From the sequence record SRR22947725_2265: DNA of 64,000 nucleotides; one strand, written 5' to 3'. The position numbers and the translations under genes are program-made. The notes under the pieces are model-generated. The model did no database searches. It saw only the letters and a list, made by a program, of their open reading frames with translations, and was not told the origin of the DNA. Shown here one piece after another: positions 1 through 12,794 of the stretch; position 1 is the first letter of the stretch, and every line of letters begins with the position of its first letter.

Positions 1-17
1 GAGGGGTTTTCACTTTG

Positions 18-90
18 TGGAGACTAGGGGGGTCGAACCCCTGACCCCCTGCTTGCAAAGCAGGTGCTCTACCAACTGAGCTAAGTCCCC
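18..90 (-). tRNA. tRNA-Ala(TGC), CCA not encoded
   Basis: Reverse complement GGGGACTTAGCTCAGTTGGTAGAGCACCTGCTTTGCAAGCAGG...GTTCGACCCCCCTAGTCTCCA folds as a cloverleaf with anticodon TGC. Confidence 0.97.
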
Positions 91-124
91 AAAGCGAGCA
101 TTCCCTGGCGGAAAGTGCTCACCG

Positions 125-198
125 TGGGCCTAGGAGGACTTGAACCTCCGACCTCTTCATTATCAGTGAAGCGCTCTAACCACCTGAGCTATAGGCCC
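125..198 (-). tRNA. tRNA-Ile(GAT), CCA not encoded
   Basis: Reverse complement GGGCCTATAGCTCAGGTGGTTAGAGCGCTTCACTGATAATGAAG...GTTCAAGTCCTCCTAGGCCCA, anticodon GAT. Confidence 0.97.
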
Positions 199-252
199 GT
201 AGAGCATCACAACATTACTAGAGAATCTCTCGGCGAACAAACCCCAAAAAGA

Positions 253-657
253 TTAGTTATTTGTGAAGGTAAGGGAGATACCGCCAACCAGCTTTGAGAT
301 CAGGTTGAAGATAAGAGCGTAGATGGCGGCCAGCGCGGTCGTGATTACGAGATTCAAAAGCGCCAAAGTAAGCGCCGTCGACATCACGTTGTCGAAAGAG
401 AACTCGTCTTCCAGGTTGAAGGCGTTGGCCTCACCGAGAACAGAGGAGAGCAGTCCTCCGACTGCGGAAAAGACGCCGGAGTTTGCAAGGACCGACCAAA
501 TTAGCCAGGCACCGACAACAATCGCTATTCCGGCAGCTATCGCTACAAAGAAACCGACTTTCGTCGCTGACCAAACGTCAATTACCCGCAGCTTTAGGCG
601 AATCTGCTTTCTCGCCTCTTTGGGCTTATTGCTCCGGTTGAACAGGCTCGCCAACAT
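253..657 (-). CDS. DUF3566 family membrane protein
   Basis: Two hydrophobic helices, ID.WSATK motif, GG.S.T ending; conserved position after gyrA in Actinobacteria. Confidence 0.85.
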   Translation of the reverse strand: MLASLFNRSNKPKEARKQIRLKLRVIDVWSATKVGFFVAIAAGIAIVVGAWLIWSVLANSGVFSAVGGLLSSVLGEANAFNLEDEFSFDNVMSTALTLALLNLVITTALAAIYALIFNLISKLVGGISLTFTNN

Positions 658-3130
658 CGGCTCCTTCTTCGTTTGACTCTAGGTTTCGCTCGCTGTTTTT
701 AGCCAGCGAGAGCACCGAGTCCCCTTCTTCGAATCTAGCAAACACTACACCCATCGTGTCGCGGCCTTTGGCGGGGACCTCGCTGGCGTTGGTTCTGATT
801 ACCTTGCCCGAGGCGAGAACTACTAGCACCTCGTCGTTTTCGTCCACGATCAATGAGCCGACTAGATCGCCTCGCTTTTCGTCAAGTTTTGCGACCTTGA
901 TTCCCAAACCGCCGCGGTTCTGGACTCGGTACTGCTCAGAGGCTGTGCGCTTGGCATAGCCTCCCTCGGTGACAACAAAGACGAAGCCGGCGCTACCGAT
1001 GACGCTTGCTGATAGCAGCTCGTCACCCTTGCGGAACTTCATACCCACTACACCTGAGGTGTCACGGCCCATCGGCCTAAGGGTGGCATTGTCTGCCTTG
1101 AAGCAGATTGACATGCCCTTGCGGCTTACTAGCAGCAGGAAGTTCTCTTCATTGACGAGCATGGCATTGACGAGCTCATCGCCATCGCGAAGCTTGATGG
1201 CAATGATGCCTCCGGTGCGGGCGGTGTCATAGAGCTCAAGGGAGGTCTTCTTGACCAGTCCGCTGCGGGTGGCAAGAACCAGATACGGCGACTGTTGGTA
1301 GTCCTTGAGGTCTAGGACCTCGACCACTCGCTCATCGGGCTGGAGGGCAAGCAGGTTTGCAACGTGCTGTCCCTTGGCGTCTCTCCCGGCCTCTTGAATC
1401 TCATAGACCTTGGAGCGGAAGACCCTGCCGGTGTTGGTGAAGAACATGAGCCAGTGGTGGGTTGTCGAAACAATAAAGTTCTGCACAACATCGTCTGCCC
1501 TCAGGCTCGCACCCCGCACGCCCTTACCACCGCGGTGCTGAATGCGGTAGTTACTGGAACGGGTGCGCTTGATGTAGCCGCCGGAGGTGAGGGTAACAAC
1601 CATCTCTTCCACCGGAATTAGGTCCTCAACGGTGACATCGCCGTCGAAGCCCATCATGATCTCGCTACGGCGATCGTCGCCATACTTGGCCACAATCTCG
1701 TCAAGCTCCTCGCCAACAATCCTGCGCTGCAGGGACTCGTCCTTGATGATCTTTTGGTAGCCCTTGATCTCATTCTCAAGTTCGGCTGCCTCGTCGATGA
1801 TCTTCTGTCGCTCGAGGGCTGCCAGCTGGCGAAGCTGCATGTTCAGAATCGCTCTGGCCTGGAGCTCGTCAATCTTGAGTAGTTTGATAAGGCCGTCGCG
1901 AGCATCCTCGACGGTCTGGCTCTTGCGAATCAGAGCAATCACCGCATCGAGTGCGTCAAGTGCCTTGAGGTAGCCACGAAGAATGTGCGCCCGTTCCTCG
2001 GCCTTTTTTAGCCGGTACTGGGTGCGGCGAACAATGATTTCGATCTGGTGGGTAATCCAGTGTGAGATAAAGCCATCGAGCGAGAGCGTTCTTGGTACTC
2101 CGTCGACCAGAGCCAGCATGTTGGCACCGAAGTTCTCCTGCAACTGCGTGTATTTGTAGAGGTTGTTCAGCACAACCCTGGCTACAGCGTCCTTTTTGAG
2201 AACAACCACTAGACGCTGTCCGGTGCGGCCTGAGGTTTCGTCGCGGATATCTGCGATACCGGTGAGCTTGCCCTCCTTGACCAGCTCCGCAATCTTCAGG
2301 GCCAAGTTGTCTGGGTTTACCTGATATGGAAGCTCTGTGACAACCAGGCAGGTGCGGCCGTGGAGCTCTTCAACGTTTACAACTGCTCGCATTGTGATTG
2401 AGCCGCGGCCGGTGCGATAGGCGTCTTCGATACCCCTGCGGCCGAGAATCTGAGCGCCGGTTGGGAAGTCGGGTCCCTTGACTATCTTGATGAGCTCCTC
2501 GACAAGTGCCTCACCGGCAAGCTCTGGGTGCTCAAGAGAGAATTTGGCCGCCTCGGCAACCTCACGAAGGTTGTGGGGCGGGATGTTGGTGGCCATGCCG
2601 ACGGCAATACCGATTGACCCGTTGACCAAGAGGTTCGGGAACCTCGATGGGAGGATGGTTGGCTCCTGAGTCCTACCGTCGTAGTTGTCCTGGAAGTCGA
2701 CAGTTTCCTCGTCGATATCCCGCACCATCTCCATGGCAAGTGGTGCCATCTTGCACTCGGTATACCTGGGGGCAGCGGCTGGATCGTTTCCCGGGGAGCC
2801 GAAGTTTCCCTGGCCCCAAACCAATGGGTAGCGCAGGTTCCAGTCCTGAACGAGCCTTACGAGGGTGTCATAAATTGCGCTGTCACCGTGAGGGTGGAAT
2901 TGGCCCATGACGTCGCCGACGACCCTGGAACACTTGGAGAACTGCTTGTCCGGGCGGTAGCCACCGTCATACATCGCATAGAGCACCCTGCGGTGAACAG
3001 GCTTTAGCCCGTCCCTAACGTCTGGAAGTGCCCTACCGACAATGACGCTCATTGCGTAGTCGAGGTAGCTGCGCTGCATCTCGACCTGGAGGTCGATCTG
3101 CTCTATTTTGTCCATCTGGTTTTCTGACAT
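626..3130 (-). CDS. gyrA: DNA gyrase subunit A
   Basis: [14 protein letters not shown], catalytic AAPRYTE, GyrA-box QHRGGKG. Confidence 0.99.
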   Translation of the reverse strand: MSENQMDKIEQIDLQVEMQRSYLDYAMSVIVGRALPDVRDGLKPVHRRVLYAMYDGGYRPDKQFSKCSRVVGDVMGQFHPHGDSAIYDTLVRLVQDWNLRYPLVWGQGNFGSPGNDPAAAPRYTECKMAPLAMEMVRDIDEETVDFQDNYDGRTQEPTILPSRFPNLLVNGSIGIAVGMATNIPPHNLREVAEAAKFSLEHPELAGEALVEELIKIVKGPDFPTGAQILGRRGIEDAYRTGRGSITMRAVVNVEELHGRTCLVVTELPYQVNPDNLALKIAELVKEGKLTGIADIRDETSGRTGQRLVVVLKKDAVARVVLNNLYKYTQLQENFGANMLALVDGVPRTLSLDGFISHWITHQIEIIVRRTQYRLKKAEERAHILRGYLKALDALDAVIALIRKSQTVEDARDGLIKLLKIDELQARAILNMQLRQLAALERQKIIDEAAELENEIKGYQKIIKDESLQRRIVGEELDEIVAKYGDDRRSEIMMGFDGDVTVEDLIPVEEMVVTLTSGGYIKRTRSSNYRIQHRGGKGVRGASLRADDVVQNFIVSTTHHWLMFFTNTGRVFRSKVYEIQEAGRDAKGQHVANLLALQPDERVVEVLDLKDYQQSPYLVLATRSGLVKKTSLELYDTARTGGIIAIKLRDGDELVNAMLVNEENFLLLVSRKGMSICFKADNATLRPMGRDTSGVVGMKFRKGDELLSASVIGSAGFVFVVTEGGYAKRTASEQYRVQNRGGLGIKVAKLDEKRGDLVGSLIVDENDEVLVVLASGKVIRTNASEVPAKGRDTMGVVFARFEEGDSVLSLAKNSERNLESNEEGADVGEPVQPEQ

Positions 3131-3143
3131 TTATCTCTCCTGC

Positions 3144-5126
<1,983 letters not shown>

Positions 5127-5202
5127 TTAGACCGACTGAGATTCGGGTTTGCTAACCCCTAAATTCTACCCCAGAGGGGCTAAAAGACTCGGGATATAGT
5201 GA

Positions 5203-5679
5203 TTAGCCGTACGTGTCTCTTGGACCCCGTCCAGGAACAGAACGTGGGCCTTTTTTCCAACTCGGGGCAGCCGGTCCAATAAACCTCAGATCTGCTACCC
5301 CAAGATCCGGATATTGTTCCTGGACTCTTGCCAATATCTGATCCTGCAAAAGCCTCAGCTGGGTCGCCCAGGCGGTGGAGCAGCACTGAATGGTCATAAG
5401 CGAGCCCTCAAGTGACACAGGTTGAGAGGCCGCTGCATTGTCACTACCGACAAGGCGTTCCCAGTCCAGGAAGAGCGCTTCCTTCTCAACTCTGCCTAGC
5501 CAGTCGTGCTCGGTCATCAACTCCTCGATAGAAGACGAGGCTCTAATTGGTTCCCTACCCTTTTCAAATGGTTGCGAGCCCCGGGACTTACCCTCGCGTC
5601 TTTTTTGGTCTCGAGTCTTTCTCCCTAAACCCGACACAAAATCTTTGTAGAAGCGGTCCGCCGATTCGAAGTTAATCAC
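5203..5679 (-). CDS. DciA/DUF721 family helicase-loading protein
   Basis: STAWATQLR and GP.APSW..GPR..GRGPRDTYG motifs; lies between recF and gyrB. Confidence 0.9.
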   Translation of the reverse strand: MINFESADRFYKDFVSGLGRKTRDQKRREGKSRGSQPFEKGREPIRASSSIEELMTEHDWLGRVEKEALFLDWERLVGSDNAAASQPVSLEGSLMTIQCCSTAWATQLRLLQDQILARVQEQYPDLGVADLRFIGPAAPSWKKGPRSVPGRGPRDTYG

Positions 5680-6790
5680 GCGTCACCTCACCTTGGCTTA
5701 CCGAGAACTTCGCGTCCCAGCTCAGCTCCGGGGTCGCAGCCGGATCGGCGGCGGTCACGAGCACCTGCTGGAACCCCTTCACAAACTCCACCAGTCTCGC
5801 TCGCCTACCGGGGTCCAGCACGGCAAACACATCATCAAGGATTACCACAGGGTCACCGCCCGGGCGGTCTTTCAGCTCGGCTGCCACCGCCAGCTTCAAA
5901 CCCAGCGCCAACGACCACGCCTCGCCCTGAGATGCATGAGACCTAGCCAACAAGCCTGCCTTCGTAATGAGAAGCTCGTCTCGGTGGGGACCAAAAAGGG
6001 TGATGCCTCGCTCAAGCTCTTGTGCCCTGTTGCGCTGTAGGTTTTCACGAAGCTGAGATGCTATGTGGTCTTTGTCTATTTCGGCTAGATCGTCCTGGGC
6101 TGAAAGGGAAACGAGTTGCAGCTCAATTGTTTCGGTTGAACCAGATAGCTCTGAGTAAAAAGACTGCAGTGTTGGTCCAAGAAGCCCCAACAGCTCGAAG
6201 CGAGCCTGGGTTATCTGACTACCCAGCTCCACAAGCTGGTCGTCCCAAATATCCAGCGTGCTCAGATCTGGATTCTTCACCCCTCTGGAGCTTTTCAGCA
6301 AAGCGTTGCGCTGTTTTAGAACCCGGTCGTAATCAAGCCGCAGCTGACCAATTCGAGGCTTTAGCAGCGCTGCCGTCTGGTCTAGAAAACCCCTGCGGTC
6401 CGCGGGGTCACGCCTAACAACATCGAGATCCTCCGGCGCAAAGACAACGGCCGCGAGGTTCCCAAGAATTTCGGACGCTCGTTGCCTGGGGGAACCATTG
6501 ATAAAGAACTTGTTGGCCGAGCTGGTATTTATCTCGACACCAACCGCCAGTTCCCTATCTCCACTTTTGACGGTGGCCGATAGCTGAGCTGATGCGTCTC
6601 CCTCTCTTACAAGAGACTTTTGGCTCCCGAGCCGGTGAGAAGAAAGGCTCGAAATATATCCAATTGCCTCAACAAGATTGGTTTTACCCTCGCCATTTGG
6701 GCCATAAATAAGGTTGCGGCCCTCGGAAAACTTAGTTTGTAGGCTTTGGTAATTCCTAAAGCTCGCTAGTTGTAGCTCAGAAACCCACAA
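5672..6790 (-). CDS. recF: DNA replication/repair protein RecF
   Basis: FRNY, Walker A GPNGEGKTN, GPHRDEL, SQGE, ILDDVF. Confidence 0.97.
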   Translation of the reverse strand: MWVSELQLASFRNYQSLQTKFSEGRNLIYGPNGEGKTNLVEAIGYISSLSSHRLGSQKSLVREGDASAQLSATVKSGDRELAVGVEINTSSANKFFINGSPRQRASEILGNLAAVVFAPEDLDVVRRDPADRRGFLDQTAALLKPRIGQLRLDYDRVLKQRNALLKSSRGVKNPDLSTLDIWDDQLVELGSQITQARFELLGLLGPTLQSFYSELSGSTETIELQLVSLSAQDDLAEIDKDHIASQLRENLQRNRAQELERGITLFGPHRDELLITKAGLLARSHASQGEAWSLALGLKLAVAAELKDRPGGDPVVILDDVFAVLDPGRRARLVEFVKGFQQVLVTAADPAATPELSWDAKFSVSQGEVTRD

Positions 6791-6803
6791 ATTTACCTAC
6801 CGA

Positions 6804-7925
6804 CTAAGAAACGAGCAGGTTGGGCTGGAGTAGGTACTTGTAGCTGTTGTTGGATCCAACGGGGGTTATCAAGACAGGCCCCGGCTTGTTTGGGTTGTTT
6901 GGGTTTGAAGTGAAGCCGATCTGGACCATTTCAGTCTCAACAGAGCTCAGTGCGTCGATCAAAAACTGTGGTTTTAGAGAAACGACGGTGTCCTCGCCTG
7001 TGAGCGAGCAACTTACCTGCTCCGAGGCATCGGCAACATCGGAACCAATAGATTCGAGGTTTAGTTCTGCGCTGCCGAAACTAAACCTGATCGGCTTATC
7101 CCTATCAACAACCAAGCTAACGCGTTTAGTTGCATCCGAAAGGTCGCCTGTGTTTAGGACGGCGAAGTGTGGGGTATCGGAAGGGAAAAGCTGCAAAACA
7201 GCGGGGTATTTACCTTTGATTGTTGATGTTGCGACCATCTTGTTTCCCGATGTGAAACCAACCATCTCTTTTTCGCTGGAGCCAATTCCTATTTCGATGT
7301 CGCCACTTCCAGAGAAGGTCTTGGCGATCTCAGATAGCACTCGGGCCGGAATTAGCACTTCGGTTTCGGAGGACTTGCTGTTCCATGGAACGGTTTTGAC
7401 CGCGACTCTAAACCTGTCAGTTGCCACAAGAGAGAGCTCCTTGGGTTTGCTTGAAACCATTACTGCGGTGAGAACCGGGGTGACTTCTTCGCGGCTCGCA
7501 GCGATCGATACTTCAGCTACTGCATTGGAGAATTCCTCGGCCTTTACTGTTCCTGATCCACTTGGTACATCTGGGGTTTGTGGGTATTCAGTCATGCTCA
7601 TGGCAGAAAGTGAGAACTTGCTACTCCCGGAGTTGATAGCAACCCTGGATTCAACCAGCTCAACCGAAACTGAATCACTCGGGAGCTTAGAAACAATCTC
7701 AGCTAACAGCCTGGCCTGGACAAGAGTTTTCCCGGGTTTCTCTACAGATCCTGCAATTGAAACCCTTGCAACTACTTCGTAATCAAAAATCGAAAGCGTT
7801 ATCGAACCATCGGTTGCATCCACAACCACCCCTGAAAGCTGAGGCAGCTGAGGCCGGGGAGAAAGCATTCTTACAAGAAAAGAGACTGCATCACTTAGAA
7901 CTTCGCGATCTGCTTGAAATTTCAT
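6804..7925 (-). CDS. dnaN: DNA polymerase III beta clamp
   Basis: MKFQADR start, ATDRFR motif, YLLQP ending; downstream of dnaA. Start moved to ATG 7925. Confidence 0.95.
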   Translation of the reverse strand: MKFQADREVLSDAVSFLVRMLSPRPQLPQLSGVVVDATDGSITLSIFDYEVVARVSIAGSVEKPGKTLVQARLLAEIVSKLPSDSVSVELVESRVAINSGSSKFSLSAMSMTEYPQTPDVPSGSGTVKAEEFSNAVAEVSIAASREEVTPVLTAVMVSSKPKELSLVATDRFRVAVKTVPWNSKSSETEVLIPARVLSEIAKTFSGSGDIEIGIGSSEKEMVGFTSGNKMVATSTIKGKYPAVLQLFPSDTPHFAVLNTGDLSDATKRVSLVVDRDKPIRFSFGSAELNLESIGSDVADASEQVSCSLTGEDTVVSLKPQFLIDALSSVETEMVQIGFTSNPNNPNKPGPVLITPVGSNNSYKYLLQPNLLVS

Positions 7926-7989
7926 CTTTAGCTTTCGAATAAGTTTGAGGGGTTTTATCTTGGCACAGCGAGCCAACATCTTCACATTT

Positions 7990-8245
7990 TGTTTGGATCC
8001 CCAGTTTTCCCAATTTTCTATATCTAATTATTCAAAACAATAACCAGCTGTGGAATATGGGATAACTTCCTGAACACCAATTAGATACTGAAAACTACAT
8101 CGGTGTAAGTTGTTTACACAGCTGTGAATAAGCCTGTGGATAACTTGGTTACCTGTTGATAGTTTCGACTCTTTGAGACTCTTGAGCCTTGTTTTTGGTG
8201 TGTTTAGGACTGTTTTTCACAAAAAATAGGGAAGTTATCCACAGA
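7990..8245. other. oriC: oriC (dnaA-dnaN half): DnaA boxes plus AT-rich unwinding region
   Basis: TGTGAATAA 8123-8131, TGTGGATAA 8135-8143, TTATCCACA 8235-8243; degenerate boxes 8049-8065 beside an AT-rich tract at about 8012-8043. Confidence 0.9.
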
Positions 8246-9637
8246 TTATTTGTGAGAATCTTTAATCTTCTGGATGATTTCTGACACCTGGTTGTAGATA
8301 TAGCGTCTCTCACGCATCTGAGCACTTATTTTCTTCGTCGCATACATCACCGTGGTGTGATCCCGGTTTCCGAAGTGGGCACCGATTTTTGGGAGCGACA
8401 AATCCGTTAGTTCTCTACAAATGTGCATTGCTATTTGTCGCGCAAGGGCTACCGCCTGTTGCCTGCCGGATCCGGTTATCTCGTCTGCGCTGAGTTTGTA
8501 GTATTCAGCGGTTGCGGAGATTATCGAGAGCGGCGATATGTTTGCTCCCTCAGCGATTGCAATGGTGTCCTTGAGAACCACCTGGACCAGATCCATGTCA
8601 ATGGGTGAGCGATTGAGGTTTGCAAAGGCTGTCACCCGAATCAAGGTTCCCTCCAGCTCCCGGATGTTTGAGGAGATGCGAGTTGCCATGTATTCGATTA
8701 CCTCGTCGGGGATCTCAATTCGCTCGATAGCAGCCTTTTTACGCAAAATGGCAACACGGGTCTCAAACTCAGGGGCTTGAATGTCTGTGATTAGGCCCCA
8801 CTCAAAACGAGAGAGCATCCGCTCCTCGAAGCCCTCCAACTGCTTGGGCCTTAGGTCTGAGGTAATAACCACCTGCTTGTTGTGGTCGTGCAGGGTGTTA
8901 AAAGTGTGGAAGAAGGCTTCCTGGGTCTGGTCTTTGCCCTGCAGGAACTGAATGTCGTCCACTAACAAAATGTCGACATCGCGATATTGAGCCTGAAACT
9001 CTGCCGTCTTGTTGTTTTGGATCGCGTTGATGAAGTCATTAGTGAACTCTTCGGAGGACACATAACGAACCTTGATCCGCGGCTTTAGATGGATTGCGTA
9101 GTGTCCAATTGCGTGAAGGAGGTGCGTCTTTCCAAGCCCGCTGGAACCATAGATAAAGAGCGGGTTGTAGGCCTCGGCCGGCGCCTCAGCAACCGCAAAT
9201 GCAGCAGCGTGGGCAAATCGATTCGAGCCACCAGTAACGAAGCTATCAAAGCTGTACTTCGGGTTCAGCCTTGAGTCGCCGCTGGTAACAACAGGTCCGG
9301 TTGCCGGGTCGCGATCTTCGAACGGGACGGGCTCCGGCTCAATTGCTACCTCTACCGAAACCGGCCCCTGAAGCTCTTCATTGGTGATTGCGACAAAGCT
9401 CGTTGGTCCACCTAGGTCGCCGAGTTCGGAAAGCGCACCAAGAATCTGTTCGCGAAGCCGCACCTGAAGCATGGAGCGGGTGGTCTCGTTGGGTACTTCG
9501 ATGTAGAGGGTGTCATCTAGAACACCCTTGGGCACTGCCAGATCTAGGTGTCCCTTTAGATGCGGGGTTACGTCGGGGTGGGAGGCTACTTTCGAGATGA
9601 GATTTTGCCAGGAACTTGCCAGAGCAATATCTGCCAT
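8246..9637 (-). CDS. dnaA: Chromosomal replication initiator DnaA
   Basis: [37 protein letters not shown]. Confidence 0.99.
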   Translation of the reverse strand: MADIALASSWQNLISKVASHPDVTPHLKGHLDLAVPKGVLDDTLYIEVPNETTRSMLQVRLREQILGALSELGDLGGPTSFVAITNEELQGPVSVEVAIEPEPVPFEDRDPATGPVVTSGDSRLNPKYSFDSFVTGGSNRFAHAAAFAVAEAPAEAYNPLFIYGSSGLGKTHLLHAIGHYAIHLKPRIKVRYVSSEEFTNDFINAIQNNKTAEFQAQYRDVDILLVDDIQFLQGKDQTQEAFFHTFNTLHDHNKQVVITSDLRPKQLEGFEERMLSRFEWGLITDIQAPEFETRVAILRKKAAIERIEIPDEVIEYMATRISSNIRELEGTLIRVTAFANLNRSPIDMDLVQVVLKDTIAIAEGANISPLSIISATAEYYKLSADEITGSGRQQAVALARQIAMHICRELTDLSLPKIGAHFGNRDHTTVMYATKKISAQMRERRYIYNQVSEIIQKIKDSHK

Positions 9638-9654
9638 CTCTTCTCCCTCAAATA

Positions 9655-9745
9655 CAAGTTATCCACAGAGTTTTACACAGGTCCACGACGTTGTGGAAAA
9701 ACTTTAAATCTCTGTGGAAAACTTGTGGAAACTAACCCCACAAAG
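9655..9745. promoter_or_regulatory. DnaA-box cluster upstream of dnaA
   Basis: TTATCCACA 9659-9667, TTTTACACA 9671-9679, TGTGGAAAA 9692-9700 and 9713-9721, TGTGGAAAC 9724-9732. Confidence 0.85.
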
Positions 9746-9865
9746 TCGATTGCAACATTCAACAGAAGAGTTCTGATTTAAGCAAATCGAATCGGCGTGT
9801 CGCTAACGATATTTCTGGCTAAAAGTAATAGGGAAAAAATAAGCCTCGATATTCGGGATCAATTC

Positions 9866-9894
9866 TTGACTCCGCCAAGAATTCAGCGTAAATT
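9866..9894 (+). promoter_or_regulatory. Housekeeping sigma promoter for the rpmH operon
   Basis: TTGACT-N17-TAAATT. Confidence 0.65.
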
Positions 9895-9943
9895 ATTGAG
9901 GTTATCTAGGGCCAGGTGCCCATAATTTTCAGGAGTTATCTAA

Positions 9944-10081
9944 GTGAGCAAGCGCACATTTCAGCCTAACAACCGTCGTCGCGCAAAGAACCACGGTTTC
10001 CGCGCCCGCATGCGCACCCGCGCCGGACGTGCCATCATGGCCGCTCGCCGTCGTAAGGGACGCACAGAGCTCAGCGCCTAA
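9944..10081 (+). CDS. rpmH: 50S ribosomal protein L34 (not in ORF track)
   Basis: Manual translation [53 protein letters not shown]. Confidence 0.98.
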   Translation: MSKRTFQPNNRRRAKNHGFRARMRTRAGRAIMAARRRKGRTELSA

Positions 10082-10088
10082 GCAGCCC

Positions 10089-10409
10089 TTGTTGCCGCGC
10101 GAGAATCGCTTGCGCTCAAGCCGAGAAATCCGAGAGGTCGTCTCTGCGGGTAAGAGGGTTGGAAACTCGTCGGCGACACTTCACTTCCTACCCAGCGAAA
10201 CCAATCAGTTCGCAATTATCGTTTCCAAGGCTGTCGGCTCGGCTGTTGAACGAAATCTTGTCAAGCGAAGGATCAGGTCAATTCTTTCTGGCCTGGAAGC
10301 TAGGCCATCCAAGATCAAGGCTGCGGTGCGGGTCAAGCCTGCAGCTGCAACCGCCAGCTACCAGGTGCTTGCCGCAGATATAGCGGATCTCGTAGAGCGA
10401 GCCTCATGA
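10089..10409 (+). CDS. rnpA: Ribonuclease P protein component
   Basis: LPRENRL, VSKAVGSAVERNLVKRRIR; start estimated at TTG 10089. Confidence 0.93.
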   Translation: MLPRENRLRSSREIREVVSAGKRVGNSSATLHFLPSETNQFAIIVSKAVGSAVERNLVKRRIRSILSGLEARPSKIKAAVRVKPAAATASYQVLAADIADLVERAS

Positions 10410-10717
10410 GCTATTTGCAGATGCTTGTGCTTTTTCCAAGAAATCTTCTGATTGCGCCTATTTTGCTCTGGCGCAAGCTCATCTCTCCGCTCTATGGCAA
10501 CGTTTGCCGCTACTACCCCTCTTGTTCAAGCTACGGACTCACGGCAATACAGCGCTTTGGGGTAATCAGGGGTGTGCCGATGACTGCATGGAGAATCCTG
10601 CGGTGTAACCCGTGGTCCTCCGGTGGCGTTGACGATGTAGCCGAGGGCCCAAAATGGATCAGCGTTGGCAGACTAGGATTTGTAGGACCCAAACTCTCAA
10701 GCAATCGAGGTAGCTAG
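10406..10717 (+). CDS. yidD: Membrane protein insertion efficiency factor
   Basis: CRYYPSCS, RILRCNPW..GG.D. Confidence 0.95.
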   Translation: MSYLQMLVLFPRNLLIAPILLWRKLISPLYGNVCRYYPSCSSYGLTAIQRFGVIRGVPMTAWRILRCNPWSSGGVDDVAEGPKWISVGRLGFVGPKLSSNRGS

Positions 10718-11667
10718 TGGATCTTCTGTGGCCAATCAAGTGGCTCATCGAGCTAATTCTGGTGTCTTTCCACACCGGCCTCAGCGCCATCGGACTCGGC
10801 TTTAACTCGGGCATTTCTTGGGTGTTGTCGATCGTCGGCCTGGTGCTTGTTGTCAGGGCAGCCCTGATTCCTGTCTTTGTCAGGCAGATCAAGAGCCAGC
10901 GCAACATGATGCTTGTCCAGCCTGAGCTGATGAAGCTCCAGAAGAAATACAAGGGTAAAAACGACCGCGAGTCTCGTGAGAAGTTTGCTCGCGAGCAAAT
11001 GGACCTCTATAAGCGCACCGGCTCCAGCCCTTTTAGCTCCTGCCTTCCGCTTTTGTTGCAGATGCCAATTTTTATGGGCCTTTTCTTCGTGCTGAACGGG
11101 GCGCAGCGCAACCAGACTGGTGTTGGGTTGCTAGACGCAGATCTCGCCCTTTCTTTCTCGCAGGCCGAGATCTTTGGCGCCATGCTCTCAGACACCTTCT
11201 TTGGTAGCGACGCCATCAACGTCAAGATCATTGCCGGAATCATGATCGTTTTGATGTCTGCATCGCAGTTCATCACTCAGAAGCAGATCATGACGAAGAA
11301 CCAGAACCCAGATGTTCAGAACAGCCAGTTCATGCAGACCCAGAAGATTCTGCTGTATGTGCTGCCCCTGGTCTTCCTGGTCTCAGGCCTCACCTTCCCA
11401 CTTGGCGTTATGACCTACTGGCTAGTTTCAAACTTCTGGACCATGGGGCAACAGTTTGTGGTGATCCGCAACATGCCAACCCCAGGTTCCCAGGCCTATA
11501 AAGAGCGCCAGGAGCGTCTAGCCAAGAAGGGCAAGCCAATTGACGTATTGCCTTTGATTTCCTCAAGTGAAGACTCTGATGAGTCACCTGAAGACCAAAC
11601 ACCGGAGACCCGCCAGCGCCAGCAGCCGGTAAGTAAGAATCGCGCAAAGAAAAAGAAGAAGAAATGA
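10717..11667 (+). CDS. yidC: Membrane protein insertase YidC
   Basis: QPE..KLQKKY, CLPLLLQMPIF, YW..SN.WT..QQ. Confidence 0.97.
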   Translation: MDLLWPIKWLIELILVSFHTGLSAIGLGFNSGISWVLSIVGLVLVVRAALIPVFVRQIKSQRNMMLVQPELMKLQKKYKGKNDRESREKFAREQMDLYKRTGSSPFSSCLPLLLQMPIFMGLFFVLNGAQRNQTGVGLLDADLALSFSQAEIFGAMLSDTFFGSDAINVKIIAGIMIVLMSASQFITQKQIMTKNQNPDVQNSQFMQTQKILLYVLPLVFLVSGLTFPLGVMTYWLVSNFWTMGQQFVVIRNMPTPGSQAYKERQERLAKKGKPIDVLPLISSSEDSDESPEDQTPETRQRQQPVSKNRAKKKKKK

Positions 11668-12131
11668 CCACTGAAAACGAGCTTGAAAAAGAAGGCGAAA
11701 TCGCCGCAGACTTCATCGAGGAATTCCTAGACCTAGCCGACCTGGACGGCGATCTGGAGATTGAGTTCAAACAGGAACGCGTCTACCTGACCGTGGATAG
11801 CGAGGGCGAGTCAAATCTGGGCAAGGTTTCCGACCCCGAGACCGTGAATGCCATCCAGGAGATCACCCGGCTAGCCGTTCAGTCAAAGACTGGTGAAATG
11901 AGCAGGCTGATACTGGATATTGCAGGCTCTAGGGACGCCAAGGCAAAGCAGCTCAAGGATCTTGTTGAGAAGACCCTCGCAAAGCTCGAGGAGACGGACA
12001 AGGAGCAGCACCTGAAGCCAATGAGCTCTTACGACCGCAAGCTGGTTCACGACATGGTTGCTGAGGCAGGAATGGTTTCTGAATCGGAAGGACAGGGGCG
12101 AGACCGCCACATTGTCATCCGGAAGCCGTAA
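11664..12131 (+). CDS. Jag/EloR (KhpB) R3H RNA-binding protein
   Basis: EGEIAAD..E..LD..DLDGD and R3H motif RKLVH; position after yidC. Confidence 0.9.
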   Translation: MTTENELEKEGEIAADFIEEFLDLADLDGDLEIEFKQERVYLTVDSEGESNLGKVSDPETVNAIQEITRLAVQSKTGEMSRLILDIAGSRDAKAKQLKDLVEKTLAKLEETDKEQHLKPMSSYDRKLVHDMVAEAGMVSESEGQGRDRHIVIRKP

Positions 12132-12132
12132 T

Positions 12133-12146
12133 GTTTCACGTGAAAC
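12133..12146. other. parS: parS site 1
   Basis: Perfect palindrome GTTTCACGTGAAAC. Confidence 0.95.
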
Positions 12147-12158
12147 TAGGGGGCTAAC

Positions 12159-12794
12159 TTGACAGAACAAATCGAGCAAGAACCCGACTTCGCCGCGGAA
12201 CTATTTGGTTCAAGAATCGCTCTGGCTCGCGGCTACACACAGCGCCTGGCAGCAGACTCCGAAACCTTCGGACTGCTGGGACCAAGAGAGCTGCCAAGGA
12301 TCTGGTCCCGTCACGTTATAAATAGCGCCCTATTGGCCGAACTGGTCCCTAAGGTGTCAAAGGTGGTCGATGTGGGAAGCGGTGCCGGGCTACCCGGCAT
12401 CCCAATGGCCATTGCACAGCCGGATGCGCAGTTCACACTTGTTGAACCAATGGAACGCAGGTCTAACTGGATGCAGACCGTTGTTGATGACCTCGGAATC
12501 AGCAACGTGAGGATACTCAGAGCGAGAGCCGAAGAGGTGACCGAGACCGACTTTGATTTTGCTACCGCTCGGGCAGTAGCAGCGCTGGACAAGCTTCTAA
12601 GGCTGTTGACCCCATTGATCAGGTTCTCGAAGCACAAAACAATAATCGCGCTCAAGGGCTCCAAGGCCCCCGAGGAGATTGTGGCAGCGAGCAAGAAACT
12701 CGAACTGCTGGGTTATTCACAGCCAGAGGTGCTGACACTCGGTTTAGACAAAGCACCCGAAACTGCAACGGTTGTCAGGACAACCCTGAAATGA
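12159..12794 (+). CDS. rsmG: 16S rRNA m7G527 methyltransferase
   Basis: GLLGPRE..RIW.RH..NS, DVGSGAGLPG, ARAVA. Confidence 0.96.
   Translation: MTEQIEQEPDFAAELFGSRIALARGYTQRLAADSETFGLLGPRELPRIWSRHVINSALLAELVPKVSKVVDVGSGAGLPGIPMAIAQPDAQFTLVEPMERRSNWMQTVVDDLGISNVRILRARAEEVTETDFDFATARAVAALDKLLRLLTPLIRFSKHKTIIALKGSKAPEEIVAASKKLELLGYSQPEVLTLGLDKAPETATVVRTTLK

Noticed and set aside
115..297. 60-aa ORF
   Set aside because: Antisense read of tRNA-Ile
6847..7782. 311-aa plus-strand ORF, and many similar antisense ORFs in the track
   Set aside because: Antisense shadow of dnaN with no recognisable motifs; the other long antisense ORFs likewise mirror well-supported genes
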